Below are positions 1-8,343 of a DNA stretch of 64,000 nucleotides, piece after piece (positions within the stretch are counted from its first letter, which is position 1; each line of letters begins with the position of its first letter). The stretch is taken from NCBI GenBank assembly GCA_050948825.1, contig JBMNEO010000009.1, positions 68,887-132,886 of the forward strand. The letters are read 5' to 3'. The stretch is from Dethiobacteria bacterium. Its GTDB lineage: Bacteria; Bacillota; Dethiobacteria; DTU022; UBA8154. The translations under genes and the position numbers were made by a program. The notes beneath the pieces were generated by a model, which searched no databases, was not told the DNA's origin, and saw only the letters and a list, made by a program, of their open reading frames with translations.

Positions 1-66
1 GCTGAAGACAGATGGCGGCTTAAAATTTCAGGTGTAAAAAGGATTTTCCAAAAATAAAAATTTAAT

Positions 67-828
67 TTACGGGACGCTTTCAGAAGAGCCTGTAATAAAT
101 GCAACAACGCCGTTACAAATTGCTTCCGCCAGCCTTTTTCTATGTTCCCGCGTGCCTAACAATTTTTTGTCGTTGTCGTTTGTGATAAATCCTACCTCAA
201 CGAGCACCCCGGGAATAATGGTGTTGTTTAGGATGTACAGGTCTCCTGTTTTAATCCCTTTGTGGTAATATTCCCCTGATTCGGGGTCTGTTACAGTAAC
301 CAGGTTTAAATAACCTTGGATTATCTCCGCCAGGATTAAACTTTCCTCGCTATGTGCAGCATAAAAAGTTATAGCCCCTCTCGTATAGGGGTCATCGCAG
401 GAATTTACATGCAAGCTGATAAACAAGTCGCCATTGCTTTCATTGATAAATTTGGCACGGCTGTGAACATCCCGGCGATGGCGGGTTTCAGGACCGCCTG
501 GAATAAGATGGCTCACATCCTTATCCGTTTCTCTGGTCATTTTTACGCTGCATCCTTTTTTTATCAGGCATGCCCGCAGCAGTTTTGCAATCTCCAGGTT
601 AATATCTTTTTCCAGCAAATCGTCACCACGGCTGACGCCTCCATCAATCCCGCCATGCCCCGGATCAATTATTACCGTAATTTCATTTAAAACTGTTGCT
701 CGACTTACGGCAAAATAGTCATAAGGCCGTGTGAAAAAGATTAAGAACAAAATAATGGCTAAAGATATAAAACCATACCCTATTATCCTTCGGGGAAGCA
801 GTATGACGATCCATGCTCTTCTTTTCAT
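67..828 (-). CDS. cwlD: N-acetylmuramoyl-L-alanine amidase, CwlD-like (germination-specific)
   Basis: 253-aa ORF with an N-terminal TM helix, then amidase_3 signatures IDPGHGGIDGG, ISLHVNS and LVEVGFITN. A purine-rich RBS lies upstream. Confidence 0.8.
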   Translation of the reverse strand: MKRRAWIVILLPRRIIGYGFISLAIILFLIFFTRPYDYFAVSRATVLNEITVIIDPGHGGIDGGVSRGDDLLEKDINLEIAKLLRACLIKKGCSVKMTRETDKDVSHLIPGGPETRHRRDVHSRAKFINESNGDLFISLHVNSCDDPYTRGAITFYAAHSEESLILAEIIQGYLNLVTVTDPESGEYYHKGIKTGDLYILNNTIIPGVLVEVGFITNDNDKKLLGTREHRKRLAEAICNGVVAFITGSSESVP

Positions 829-951
829 TTTTTTTTCCTTATAAAAAGATTACACCCTATATTTTTAATAACATTGGGTGTCGGAACAGTTAGCTCGCTA
901 TTAATTTTTATGATGGATTATATAAAATTATACTTTGGAGGGTTGGACTGG

Positions 952-1782
952 ATGAAAAGCTTTCAAGTTGCTTCAATCCAAATTGATATAAATATTGGCC
1001 ATAAAGAAGAGAATTTAGCCAAGGCAGTGCATTATTTAAAACAGGCAGCTGCTGCGGGAGCAAACCTTGCTGTTTTCCCCGAATGTGCCCTTAGCGGTTA
1101 TTTGTATGACAGTAAAGAGGAAGCTGAGTATTTTGCAGAAAGTCTGCAAGGCCCCAGTTTGAAGAAAATATCCGCAATATGCAAAGAAATGCAGCTATAC
1201 ACAGTTTATACTCTGCTTGAACGGGCCGATAATTGTAACATTTATAATACAGCGGTTCTTCTAGGGCCGGATGGTATTATTGCCTGTTACCGCAAGACGC
1301 ATCTTCCATATTTGGGCGTAGACCGCTTTGTCACCGCAGGTGAAAATCCCTATAAAATTATAGATACGCCGTTAGGTAAAATTGGGCTGATGATATGTTA
1401 TGATTTACGTTTCCCGGAGCCTGCAAGGATATTGAGCTTGCTTGGTGCCCAGGTCATCTTGCTGCCTACTAATTTATCTAAAGGGGGAGAAGCGCATCTC
1501 AATTTCTTTTTAAAGGCCAGGGCATGTGAAAACAGGGTTTTTATCATTTCGGCCAACCGCATTGGTGAGGAAAAAGGCTCTGTATTCGTTGGTCGTTCGC
1601 AAATAGTTGATCCTTCAGGCAATTGTTTGGCGGAAGCAAGTTCAGATAAAGAAGAAATAATTTCTTGTATCATAGAACCGCATCAGGCAGATAACAAAAG
1701 AATTATCGTCATCCCCCATAAATACGAAATGCATATTTTTAATGATCGAAAAAAACAACTTTATGGACCAATTCTTAAATAG
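952..1782 (+). CDS. carbon-nitrogen hydrolase (nitrilase superfamily amidohydrolase)
   Basis: E-K-C catalytic signature: FPECALSGY, YRKTHLP, LMICYDLRFPE. I moved the start to ATG 952, which follows GGAGGG. The ORF track opens at TTG 874. Confidence 0.85.
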   Translation: MKSFQVASIQIDINIGHKEENLAKAVHYLKQAAAAGANLAVFPECALSGYLYDSKEEAEYFAESLQGPSLKKISAICKEMQLYTVYTLLERADNCNIYNTAVLLGPDGIIACYRKTHLPYLGVDRFVTAGENPYKIIDTPLGKIGLMICYDLRFPEPARILSLLGAQVILLPTNLSKGGEAHLNFFLKARACENRVFIISANRIGEEKGSVFVGRSQIVDPSGNCLAEASSDKEEIISCIIEPHQADNKRIIVIPHKYEMHIFNDRKKQLYGPILK

Positions 1783-1806
1783 GCCTGGTAAATAAAAATT
1801 GATGTG

Positions 1807-1992
1807 CTAATCATTAATTTCTATAGCATCTGTAGGACAGCCCTCCGCCGCTTCTTGACAACACTCCTCGTGCTCTTCAGGAACCTCATCCACTATAACC
1901 TCAGCTCTCTCATCTCCCAGCTCAAAAACCTCAGGGCAAGTATCTGCACAAAGGCCACACAGGATACATTCCTCGTTAACATAAGCTTTCAT
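1807..1992 (-). CDS. small ferredoxin (single Fe-S cluster type)
   Basis: 61 aa with CILCGLCADTCP plus a distal C-P (EGCPTDAI). Very acidic. Strong RBS AAGGAGGGGG. Confidence 0.85.
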   Translation of the reverse strand: MKAYVNEECILCGLCADTCPEVFELGDERAEVIVDEVPEEHEECCQEAAEGCPTDAIEIND

Positions 1993-2188
1993 TAGTCTCG
2001 ACCCCCTCCTTTTGCTTCATTTCAACCAATGCTCTATAGTTGTTGCTCACGACAACGGGTTCTGCCAACGGCAGGCCGGTTAGCAGAGTATTCAACATCC
2101 TGTTAACATAACCAGGACAAACATACCAATTATTATTAAAACCGTTAAAGTTTTTATTTTGAACAAAGGTGTTCCTCCGTTCCGCCAC
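1976..2188 (-). CDS. hypothetical small protein (doubtful)
   Basis: 70-codon ORF with a GTG start and no clear RBS. It overlaps the ferredoxin start by 17 nt. No recognisable motif. Confidence 0.25.
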   Translation of the reverse strand: MAERRNTFVQNKNFNGFNNNWYVCPGYVNRMLNTLLTGLPLAEPVVVSNNYRALVEMKQKEGVETNESLC

Positions 2189-2244
2189 AATTTAGAAACC
2201 TTCTATAACTTTATTACTGTTGGTTTCTCAGGCTTTTGCTATTA

Positions 2245-2424
2245 TCATTGTTCCTGCAGATTTGTCACAAAAACACTCTGTTTAATATTCGGGTTATTTA
2301 AACTATGTATTGTAGCTGTTTGCTTTTCCCGATCCACATGTTCAATATAAACCAGGTCCCCGTTATAGGTGACGTTTACCATAACCGGCGAATTAGCAAT
2401 TTCCTGGGCTCTTAAAACGTCCAT
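2245..2424 (-). CDS. sspH: small acid-soluble spore protein, SspH family
   Basis: 59-aa ORF, below the ORF-track size cutoff: MDVLRAQEIANSPVMVNVTYNGDLVYIEHVDREKQTATIHSLNNPNIKQSVFVTNLQEQ. It matches the SspH pattern (..RAxEI..SP.M..VTYNG..IYIEHVd....A.IH.L..P...Q.V....L.E). RBS AAGGAG sits 7 nt upstream. Confidence 0.8.
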   Translation of the reverse strand: MDVLRAQEIANSPVMVNVTYNGDLVYIEHVDREKQTATIHSLNNPNIKQSVFVTNLQEQ

Positions 2425-2628
2425 GTCGCATCTCCTTTATTTTATATAGTTTTTTGATGGTTATAGTATTTGTGTGAAATAAACTAAATATGCGAAAGCT
2501 GCCTCTGTAAAAGAGGTTATTTTTCCAAGCAAAACCAGGAAAACCCACACAATTTTTAGCCATTTGCGAAAAAAGTGTGGGTTTCTTCAATCAGGCATTG
2601 TAATTGTCAGGCCCTGTAATTATGTAGA

Positions 2629-3435
2629 TTAATCCCCGCCCAGCAGGTTTTTCAATCCCACATTGCCCAGCAGGCCGCCTTCACCCTTGTTTTTTCCACT
2701 TCCCCTGCCCCCGGCTGCAATCATACGGTTGGCCAGGCGGCTGAAGGGAAGAGATTGCAGCCAGATCTGGCCGGGCCCCTTAAGGGTAGCCAAAAACAGT
2801 CCTTCCCCCCCGAAGATGGCGCTTTTCAGATTGCCGACAAATGCCACATCATAGTCAATTCCTGCTGTCATCGCTACCAGGCAGCCGGTATCAAGCTTGA
2901 TTAGTTCGCCGGCCTGAAGTTCTTTTTGTATAATGGTGCCGCCGGCATGAAGGAAGGCCAGGCCGTCACCTACCAGGCGCTGCATGATAAAGCCCTCTCC
3001 GCCGAAAAACCCCGCTCCGATCTTTCTCTGAAATGCTATCTCAATGGCAATACCTTTGGCGGCACACAAAAAAGCATCCCGCTGGCAGATAATCTGCCCC
3101 CCGCAATCGGCAAGATCCATGGGAATTACTTTGCCCGGATAGGGGGCTGCAAAGGCTACCACATTTTTACCGGAGCCTTGATTGGTAAAAGTAGTCATAA
3201 AAAGGCTCTCCCCGGTCAGCACCCGTTTCCCGGCGCCCATCACCTTATCCATGAGGCCTTTGCCTTTATCCCTGTCGGAGCCGTCTCCAAATACCGTATC
3301 GGACTGGATTGAACCGTCCATATACATCATGGCCCCGGCTTCGGCAACAACAGTCTCTCCCGGATCAAGGCTTATCTCCACAAACTGCATATCATCTCCA
3401 TAAATTTGGTAATCGATTTCATGAGCTCTGCGCAT
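2629..3435 (-). CDS. AIM24/TIGR00266 (DUF124) family protein
   Basis: Typical N-terminus [31 protein letters not shown] and a Gly-rich C-terminus. Start set at ATG 3435, 10 nt after GGAGG. Confidence 0.8.
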   Translation of the reverse strand: MRRAHEIDYQIYGDDMQFVEISLDPGETVVAEAGAMMYMDGSIQSDTVFGDGSDRDKGKGLMDKVMGAGKRVLTGESLFMTTFTNQGSGKNVVAFAAPYPGKVIPMDLADCGGQIICQRDAFLCAAKGIAIEIAFQRKIGAGFFGGEGFIMQRLVGDGLAFLHAGGTIIQKELQAGELIKLDTGCLVAMTAGIDYDVAFVGNLKSAIFGGEGLFLATLKGPGQIWLQSLPFSRLANRMIAAGGRGSGKNKGEGGLLGNVGLKNLLGGD

Positions 3436-3541
3436 CAACAATTAACCTCCTTCATTTAATTAAACTTGCATTACAAAACATCGAACACCCGGTTTATTTG
3501 ATCTCAACCAGCTTCCACTGCTATATATGGATTTTAATGTC

Positions 3542-4186
3542 TTAATCGATCGCCTCCCAGAGGGGTTTATCTAAAAAATCCGCAAGCATAAGAGTGTCAT
3601 CCCTGATTTTGTTTTTGTTAGAATGGGAAAGGACAGCAATACGTTTCCCGTTTTTCAAGACAAGGTTCAAATCATAACAAAGATAAGGTACTTTCCTATA
3701 GATGATTTTAGAAATAAGCTGGAGTGCATGAACGTTGTCAAAATCAATAATGTTTTTGGGGTTCTCCATGTCAGGCACCCGTTCTGCTCTCTTTCGTCCT
3801 TTTATAAATAGCCCACTCCCCCTGTCAAACACAATCGGCGCCGCTTGATAGTACAGCAGATAAAATCCCAGCAGTAAAAATCCAAGGCCTAACAGCAGAG
3901 GAAAAGCTTCCAGATGACCCGAAAATGTATATAACAGGAGCACTATCCCGGCAATAGGAAAAACGCCAAACAATACCAGGGTCTGCGGTGTTGGCTTGAA
4001 GGCTAAGCGATCGCTGTTTACTCTTGTCAGCCTGTAAGTGCAAAAGCTGGCACTATCATAGTTAAGAGGTTTCCAGTCGGTTCGAAGGGCTACGGGATCA
4101 TCATAGATAGTAGGGTCAACCGGATGTGGTTCTATATAAATAGAGCCGGTATTATTTATTCTGGCACTGCTTTTTATCTTTGCCAT
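3542..4186 (-). CDS. hypothetical membrane protein (2 TM helices)
   Basis: 214-aa ORF with RBS GGGAGGG. Central hydrophobic hairpin LVLFGVFPIAGIVLLLY / LLLGLGFLLLGFYLLYY. Confidence 0.6.
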   Translation of the reverse strand: MAKIKSSARINNTGSIYIEPHPVDPTIYDDPVALRTDWKPLNYDSASFCTYRLTRVNSDRLAFKPTPQTLVLFGVFPIAGIVLLLYTFSGHLEAFPLLLGLGFLLLGFYLLYYQAAPIVFDRGSGLFIKGRKRAERVPDMENPKNIIDFDNVHALQLISKIIYRKVPYLCYDLNLVLKNGKRIAVLSHSNKNKIRDDTLMLADFLDKPLWEAID

Positions 4187-4231
4187 TTTTACCCTCCCTT
4201 CGTTTCGACATTTTAGTATTTCAAGTCCTTT

Positions 4232-4738
4232 TTATTGGCTTTCTTTATTGCCAATAATCGAAAGTGATTTATCCTCGCGAAAATATTGTACTGCCGCCTT
4301 ATACCCCTTACTGTTTTTTGCTTCAAACAGAATGTATTCATCCGCTTCCATTTGCATGACATCCTCTGTAAAATCCTTACTGATTTCCTCTAAATAGCTC
4401 TTAAAATCGTTTTCCTCTACATCCTCCATTATGATCATCACATTGCCTTCACCATCATTGGCTGCACTGATGATCTCCCCGCCCTTAAACTCCGGGAGAC
4501 CAGCAACTGCCGGCCATTCAGAGCCACCCAGGCTGACCTCACCGCCATCTGCACCCTTGATTGTAATTGTTTCTCCATCAATATCTACCTGGGTGTTCTC
4601 GTCACCGACCGCTTTTTCAATAATTGTTTCAGTAATTTTTTCGCCGACTTTCTTTTCGATATTTTGTTTTACTCCACCACAGCCTGCCAGTGTAAAAACA
4701 AGCACTATTATCAGTGATAAAATCAGTATTTTTTTCAT
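4232..4738 (-). CDS. lipoprotein, acidic, unknown function
   Basis: Signal peptide with lipobox LAGC (MKKILILSLIIVLVFTLAGCGG). RBS GAGGGGAA. Confidence 0.7.
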   Translation of the reverse strand: MKKILILSLIIVLVFTLAGCGGVKQNIEKKVGEKITETIIEKAVGDENTQVDIDGETITIKGADGGEVSLGGSEWPAVAGLPEFKGGEIISAANDGEGNVMIIMEDVEENDFKSYLEEISKDFTEDVMQMEADEYILFEAKNSKGYKAAVQYFREDKSLSIIGNKESQ

Positions 4739-4869
4739 TTTCTCATTCCCCTCTTTCCCTTTCTTTAAAATCCGTTAAAGCTACTTGATGGGGTGAGCCG
4801 GGGCCCCCGGCACACCCATTTGAAAACCCGGCAAGCCTATTTGGAAATAGGTAACCCCGGTTCACATAC

Positions 4870-6360
4870 TTATTTCATCGCCTCATAGGTTTTCACGGTC
4901 ATGATAATCGCAGCCTCACGCGTGGCCATTCCGTAACCGGTGCTCTCCTGTACGGTAGTTGTAGCTTTCGGCATAAAGTTCCCCTGCAAATCGCCTTTGA
5001 TAATGCCCAGTTTGGACATGTACTTCGTTGCCTCTACCGCCCAAGCGGATATATGCTTCTGGTCGGGAAAATCCGGAACCCCGGCAATGCTGTAATCCGC
5101 ATTAGGAGCCATGATCTTAATGGTGTTAAACAGCATCGTTGCACACTGCTCCCGGTTGATTAAAACTTTGGGGGAAAAGGTGCTGGCGGAGGTTCCTTTT
5201 GTAATCCCCAGTGAAAAAGCCTTTAATATCTGCGGATTGGAAGTATCGGTAAAGGGATTCGCAGAAGCCGGCTGTGCTGTTTTGCCTGTAGTTTTTTCAT
5301 ACAGCAAAAGAGCAAGCTCGGCAAACTCCTCCCGGTTAATGGGTCTGGTCATATCGGCACCCTTCAGGATATCGGGTATGAGCCCGTATCCGGCCGCCTT
5401 GTCAAGTTCCGCCGTTGCCCAGCTGCTGGCGCCGCTGTAAAAGGCCGGGGTGCCTATCTCAATAACATTGGAGAAGGGGGATCGCACCCTTGTTCCATCA
5501 GGTTTTTGCAGTTCAAAAAACATGCGGAAATAATACGTGTTCTCCTTAATGTTTATTTCGCCCCAGCCGCCTTCATCGATGGGGTCTATGTCCACATTAT
5601 CAAACAGCATATGGTCAGCCTTTTCAAGCGGCAGACTCCCGCTTTCGGTCGCCCAACTGCCGCTGCCAATCTTCCAGTCCAGGGCGTTCCATACCTTGGT
5701 CAGCTTGTTGGCTTCCTCAACACTTTCAGGGATATCGCAAGTGAAATGGAAATAGGGCTGGCCGTTTTCCCACTTTCTTAGTTCGCCGGTAAGATTCTGC
5801 GGCGCTTCCAGGCTGTCCGGAATCTGGGCGGCGGATGTCTTGCCAATGGATGCCACATCCGACCAGGGGGATACAATATGACTGTACCCATCCCCATCAT
5901 CATATTCAAAGACATACCTAAAGCGGAAAGAATAGGTATTATTCTGCAAATCAAAGGCATCCAACTCAAGAGATTCCGGGAAAACCCAACGGTCTATGGA
6001 GTTTCTTTCGTCATGGCCTATATTGCTTAAACAACCTTGGACGTCCCATAAATCATACGTGCTTTCGTAGTATTCAGCTAATGATACATCGCCGGATCTA
6101 TCCCAGCTTTTGTCAAACTTCCACGGGCCGTCGTTAATCTTCCAGTCAAACTCATAATAAATCCAGTATTCGTCATCCATCTGGTTCATTATACTTTGCG
6201 GCTGTGTCAGCCTAATCAGCAATTCATCGACTTCACCGGGTCGGACAGACAGGCTGGCCGGCTTTTCCAGACTGGCGGGGTGCTCCTCCCCATCGGCATA
6301 CACCAGCCCAGGCAATATTAGCATAAAGCAAAGTGCCAGTAAAACTACTTTCTTAAACAT
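4870..6360 (-). CDS. secreted protein with C-terminal S-layer-homology (SLH) repeats
   Basis: Sec signal peptide (..LVYA/DG). Three SLH-like segments in the last ~190 aa (WATAELDKAAGYGLIP.., FTDTSNPQILKAFSLGITKG.., FPDQKHISAWAVEATKYMSKLGIIKG). RBS AAAGGAGG. Confidence 0.7.
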   Translation of the reverse strand: MFKKVVLLALCFMLILPGLVYADGEEHPASLEKPASLSVRPGEVDELLIRLTQPQSIMNQMDDEYWIYYEFDWKINDGPWKFDKSWDRSGDVSLAEYYESTYDLWDVQGCLSNIGHDERNSIDRWVFPESLELDAFDLQNNTYSFRFRYVFEYDDGDGYSHIVSPWSDVASIGKTSAAQIPDSLEAPQNLTGELRKWENGQPYFHFTCDIPESVEEANKLTKVWNALDWKIGSGSWATESGSLPLEKADHMLFDNVDIDPIDEGGWGEINIKENTYYFRMFFELQKPDGTRVRSPFSNVIEIGTPAFYSGASSWATAELDKAAGYGLIPDILKGADMTRPINREEFAELALLLYEKTTGKTAQPASANPFTDTSNPQILKAFSLGITKGTSASTFSPKVLINREQCATMLFNTIKIMAPNADYSIAGVPDFPDQKHISAWAVEATKYMSKLGIIKGDLQGNFMPKATTTVQESTGYGMATREAAIIMTVKTYEAMK

Positions 6361-6570
6361 TTTAAAGCCTCCTTTTTTTATTCCATACCGCTATCTTAAC
6401 GAACTCAAACATCAGGGCGGAACACCGTCTTTGTACGCCTCAAGTCGCAGTGAGTCGGCATCCCCATCGTATTCCGCTTTAATCTCAACTTTGCTAAACC
6501 CCCTTACACAGTTCAATTAACTTAATTTTAAAATAGCTTCTCGTCTTACATCATTCATTATTTAATGGAG

Positions 6571-6888
6571 TCATTTCTGGCAACAGTAGGCACAACTATT
6601 TTCTTCTTCGGAAAAATCGTCATCACAAACCCACCTGTTACAGACAGTGCAGCGGTTAAAATGAAGCATTCCTTCCCTGTTTGCTCTTTCAAAAGCATCC
6701 TTGTGCTCTGCATTCCATAATGAGGAATAAACCCTGAATAGTTTTTTAAAAAAGTTCTTCCGTCCTCGCCGGCTGAATGGAATCGGAACGCTTTTCCAGG
6801 CTTTATCGCACAAGTCGCAATAGAAAATAAACGCAAACTCATCTTCAGTTGACAGATCGGTATACTTTTTCGTAAATGATTGAAGCAT
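6571..6888 (-). CDS. Cys-rich (zinc-ribbon-like) hypothetical protein
   Basis: 105 aa from ATG 6888. CxxC pairs: CDLCDKAW ... CTVCNRWVC ... CAYCC. No family recognised. Confidence 0.5.
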   Translation of the reverse strand: MLQSFTKKYTDLSTEDEFAFIFYCDLCDKAWKSVPIPFSRRGRKNFFKKLFRVYSSLWNAEHKDAFERANREGMLHFNRCTVCNRWVCDDDFSEEENSCAYCCQK

Positions 6889-7049
6889 AATTAACAGCCC
6901 CTTTGTTGCTTTTAGCTTACAAAGCCAAACTACACCCCCTCTCTTCCCAACCTTCAACCCAGAGCTCTAAAATATCAAGCTCTAGAGTATATTGTGCAGG
7001 CTGAATTTATTTTTGTAATCATCTTCAGGGTGATCCGGGGAAATATTAA

Positions 7050-7252
7050 AGGGTGATTTTGGGGTGATTTTGGGGTGGTCTTGATTTTGAGTTTAAAATT
7101 GTGCAAGTTTGTGCAAGTTCGTGCAAGTTTGGCAAGTTTAGAGCAAGTTTACGCAAGTTCTAGCGCGCAAGTTTAGGGACGGTTCTTGTTCTTGCCTCCA
7201 AGTTTGGGGACGGTTCTTGTTCTCAAGTTTGGGGACGGTTCTTGTTCTTGCC
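7050..7252. repeat. degenerate short tandem repeat array ending in three GGGGACGGTTCTTGTTCT(TGCC) units
   Basis: GGGTGATTTTG occurs 2-3 times (7051-7080). The word GCAAGTT(T/C) occurs at least 9 times with 9-11 nt period (7101-7230). GGGACGGTTCTTGTTCTTGCC lies at 7176-7196, with further copies at 7206-7223 and 7231-7252. Confidence 0.9.
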
Positions 7253-7291
7253 TTTTACCGGCCTATATATTTTTCATTATTAGGGAAACAA

Positions 7292-7320
7292 AATTTACCA
7301 TATTAACCCAGGCAAGTCAA
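7292..7320 (-). promoter_or_regulatory. sigma-A-like promoter inside a repeat module (TTGACT-17-TAAATT, extended -10 TGG)
   Basis: Minus strand reads TTGACT TGCCTGGGTTAATATGG TAAATT. It points toward the 7.1-kb repeat array and the Cys-rich ORF at 6888. Confidence 0.4.
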
Positions 7321-7403
7321 CAAGTTTAGGGATGGTTCTAAAAAAGGATGCCGGGAGGTTAAATATCGCAATAAAGGGAAACTAACTGGATAAAGGTATA
7401 AGA

Positions 7404-7450
7404 AGAACCGATGTCATTCAGGCGCTTAAATAGCATCGGTTCTAATTTTT
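7404..7450 (+). terminator. terminator-like hairpin with T-run (orphan)
   Basis: AGAACCGATG (7404-7413) pairs with CATCGGTTCT (7434-7443). The loop is 20 nt and AATTTTT follows. There is no obvious upstream plus-strand gene. Confidence 0.3.
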
Positions 7451-7709
7451 AACCGTTTGTCAGTTAATCTGTTGCTGGTTAAGATTGCCAGCCCGTTCTG
7501 ATTAAAGGTCTTCACTAGGGAGTCATCCGGCTTCACATGGCAGAAATGTGGGCTGGCCGGTTCCCCACATTGGGCCTTTCGTCATGGTCGTTCCCGAGCA
7601 AAAACGTTTAAGTCATGGCCAGCGACTCGCCAATTCTTGCCAATCTTGGCTGCGCGCAGCCCGTTTTCACGAATAAGAAGTTTTTATCTACCGTCTTATT
7701 TGACGCTTG

Positions 7710-8135
7710 CTATTTAGTAATAAGAACAAGTCCTAGGGCACAAATAACCATTCCGACAATTTGACGAACGGATATTGCTTCCTTGTAAAACAGGATCCCA
7801 ACAAGGAGTAAAACGCAAGCTAACCCAATATTGGCAACAACCGAGCCCGTGCTCAACTTCCAGCCTACACGATAAACATTGATATACCCAAATTCAAGTC
7901 CCAAAATAGAAAATCCAAAGACTATTGCTGTCCAATTGGCATTGCCCCATTCAACGAATATATTTTTTGATTGTGCTGTAGTAAAAAACCCTGCCATCGA
8001 CAAAGCCGCGGCTACAAGATATGTTATTGTCAGTGAAGCAAACAAATTCACATTTCCTGGGGTCGATTTTGCCGAAATATTATATAATGTGTTAGCCCCG
8101 ATTACCACTAAAATCGGCCATAGGTAATTAAACAT
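7710..8135 (-). CDS. EamA-like (DMT superfamily) small transporter
   Basis: 141 aa from ATG 8135, with RBS GGAGG 7 nt upstream. About 5 TM helices and an EamA-type C-terminus (..GMVICALGLVLITK). Confidence 0.7.
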   Translation of the reverse strand: MFNYLWPILVVIGANTLYNISAKSTPGNVNLFASLTITYLVAAALSMAGFFTTAQSKNIFVEWGNANWTAIVFGFSILGLEFGYINVYRVGWKLSTGSVVANIGLACVLLLVGILFYKEAISVRQIVGMVICALGLVLITK

Positions 8136-8268
8136 GCCATTTCCTCCACCGCTATGTAGCAATCAAAAAAGTCTGGAAGGTGCAATTCAATAATTGATGC
8201 TGTGGCAGCAAACTGGAAGATTCTTACGCCAACCTCGGGTTATTAGAAAAAAATCATTTTCCTCGAAA

Positions 8269-8297
8269 TAATTACCATTTTAACCCAGGCAAGTCAA
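8269..8297 (-). promoter_or_regulatory. sigma-A-like promoter inside a repeat module (TTGACT-17-TAATTA, extended -10 TGG)
   Basis: Minus strand reads GGGGACGGTTC TTGACT TGCCTGGGTTAAAATGG TAATTA. It lies ~130 nt upstream of the DMT transporter start. Confidence 0.45.
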
Positions 8298-8337
8298 GAA
8301 CCGTCCCCGAAATTGCGAAATTGGTCCCCGAAATTGC
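8297..8337. repeat. AGAACCGTCCCC core plus three copies of the word GAAATTG(C/G)
   Basis: Sequence AGAACCGTCCCCGAAATTGCGAAATTGGTCCCCGAAATTGC. Confidence 0.85.
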
Positions 8338-8343
8338 TTTGGA

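Noticed and set aside
352-690. 112-aa plus-strand ORF inside the cwlD-like gene
   Set aside because: It is fully antisense to a well-supported amidase gene. It has no RBS, and its composition is typical of a shadow ORF.
2393-2590. 65-aa minus-strand ORF
   Set aside because: It overlaps the RBS and start of the much better supported SspH ORF. It has no RBS and no recognisable sequence.
6558-6842. 94-aa ORF overlapping the Cys-rich ORF in another frame
   Set aside because: The alternative frame (6571-6888) has paired CxxC motifs and an RBS-preceded ATG. This frame has neither.
7050-7252. Possible CRISPR array
   Set aside because: The repeat units are only 8-22 nt, are degenerate, and directly abut each other. 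There are no unique spacers of ~30 nt and no cas genes in the window.
8163-8268. Riboswitch in the ~130-nt leader of the DMT transporter
   Set aside because: I could not recognise any known riboswitch core (guanidine, preQ1, TPP and others) by eye. It is left as an unexplained leader pending an Rfam scan.
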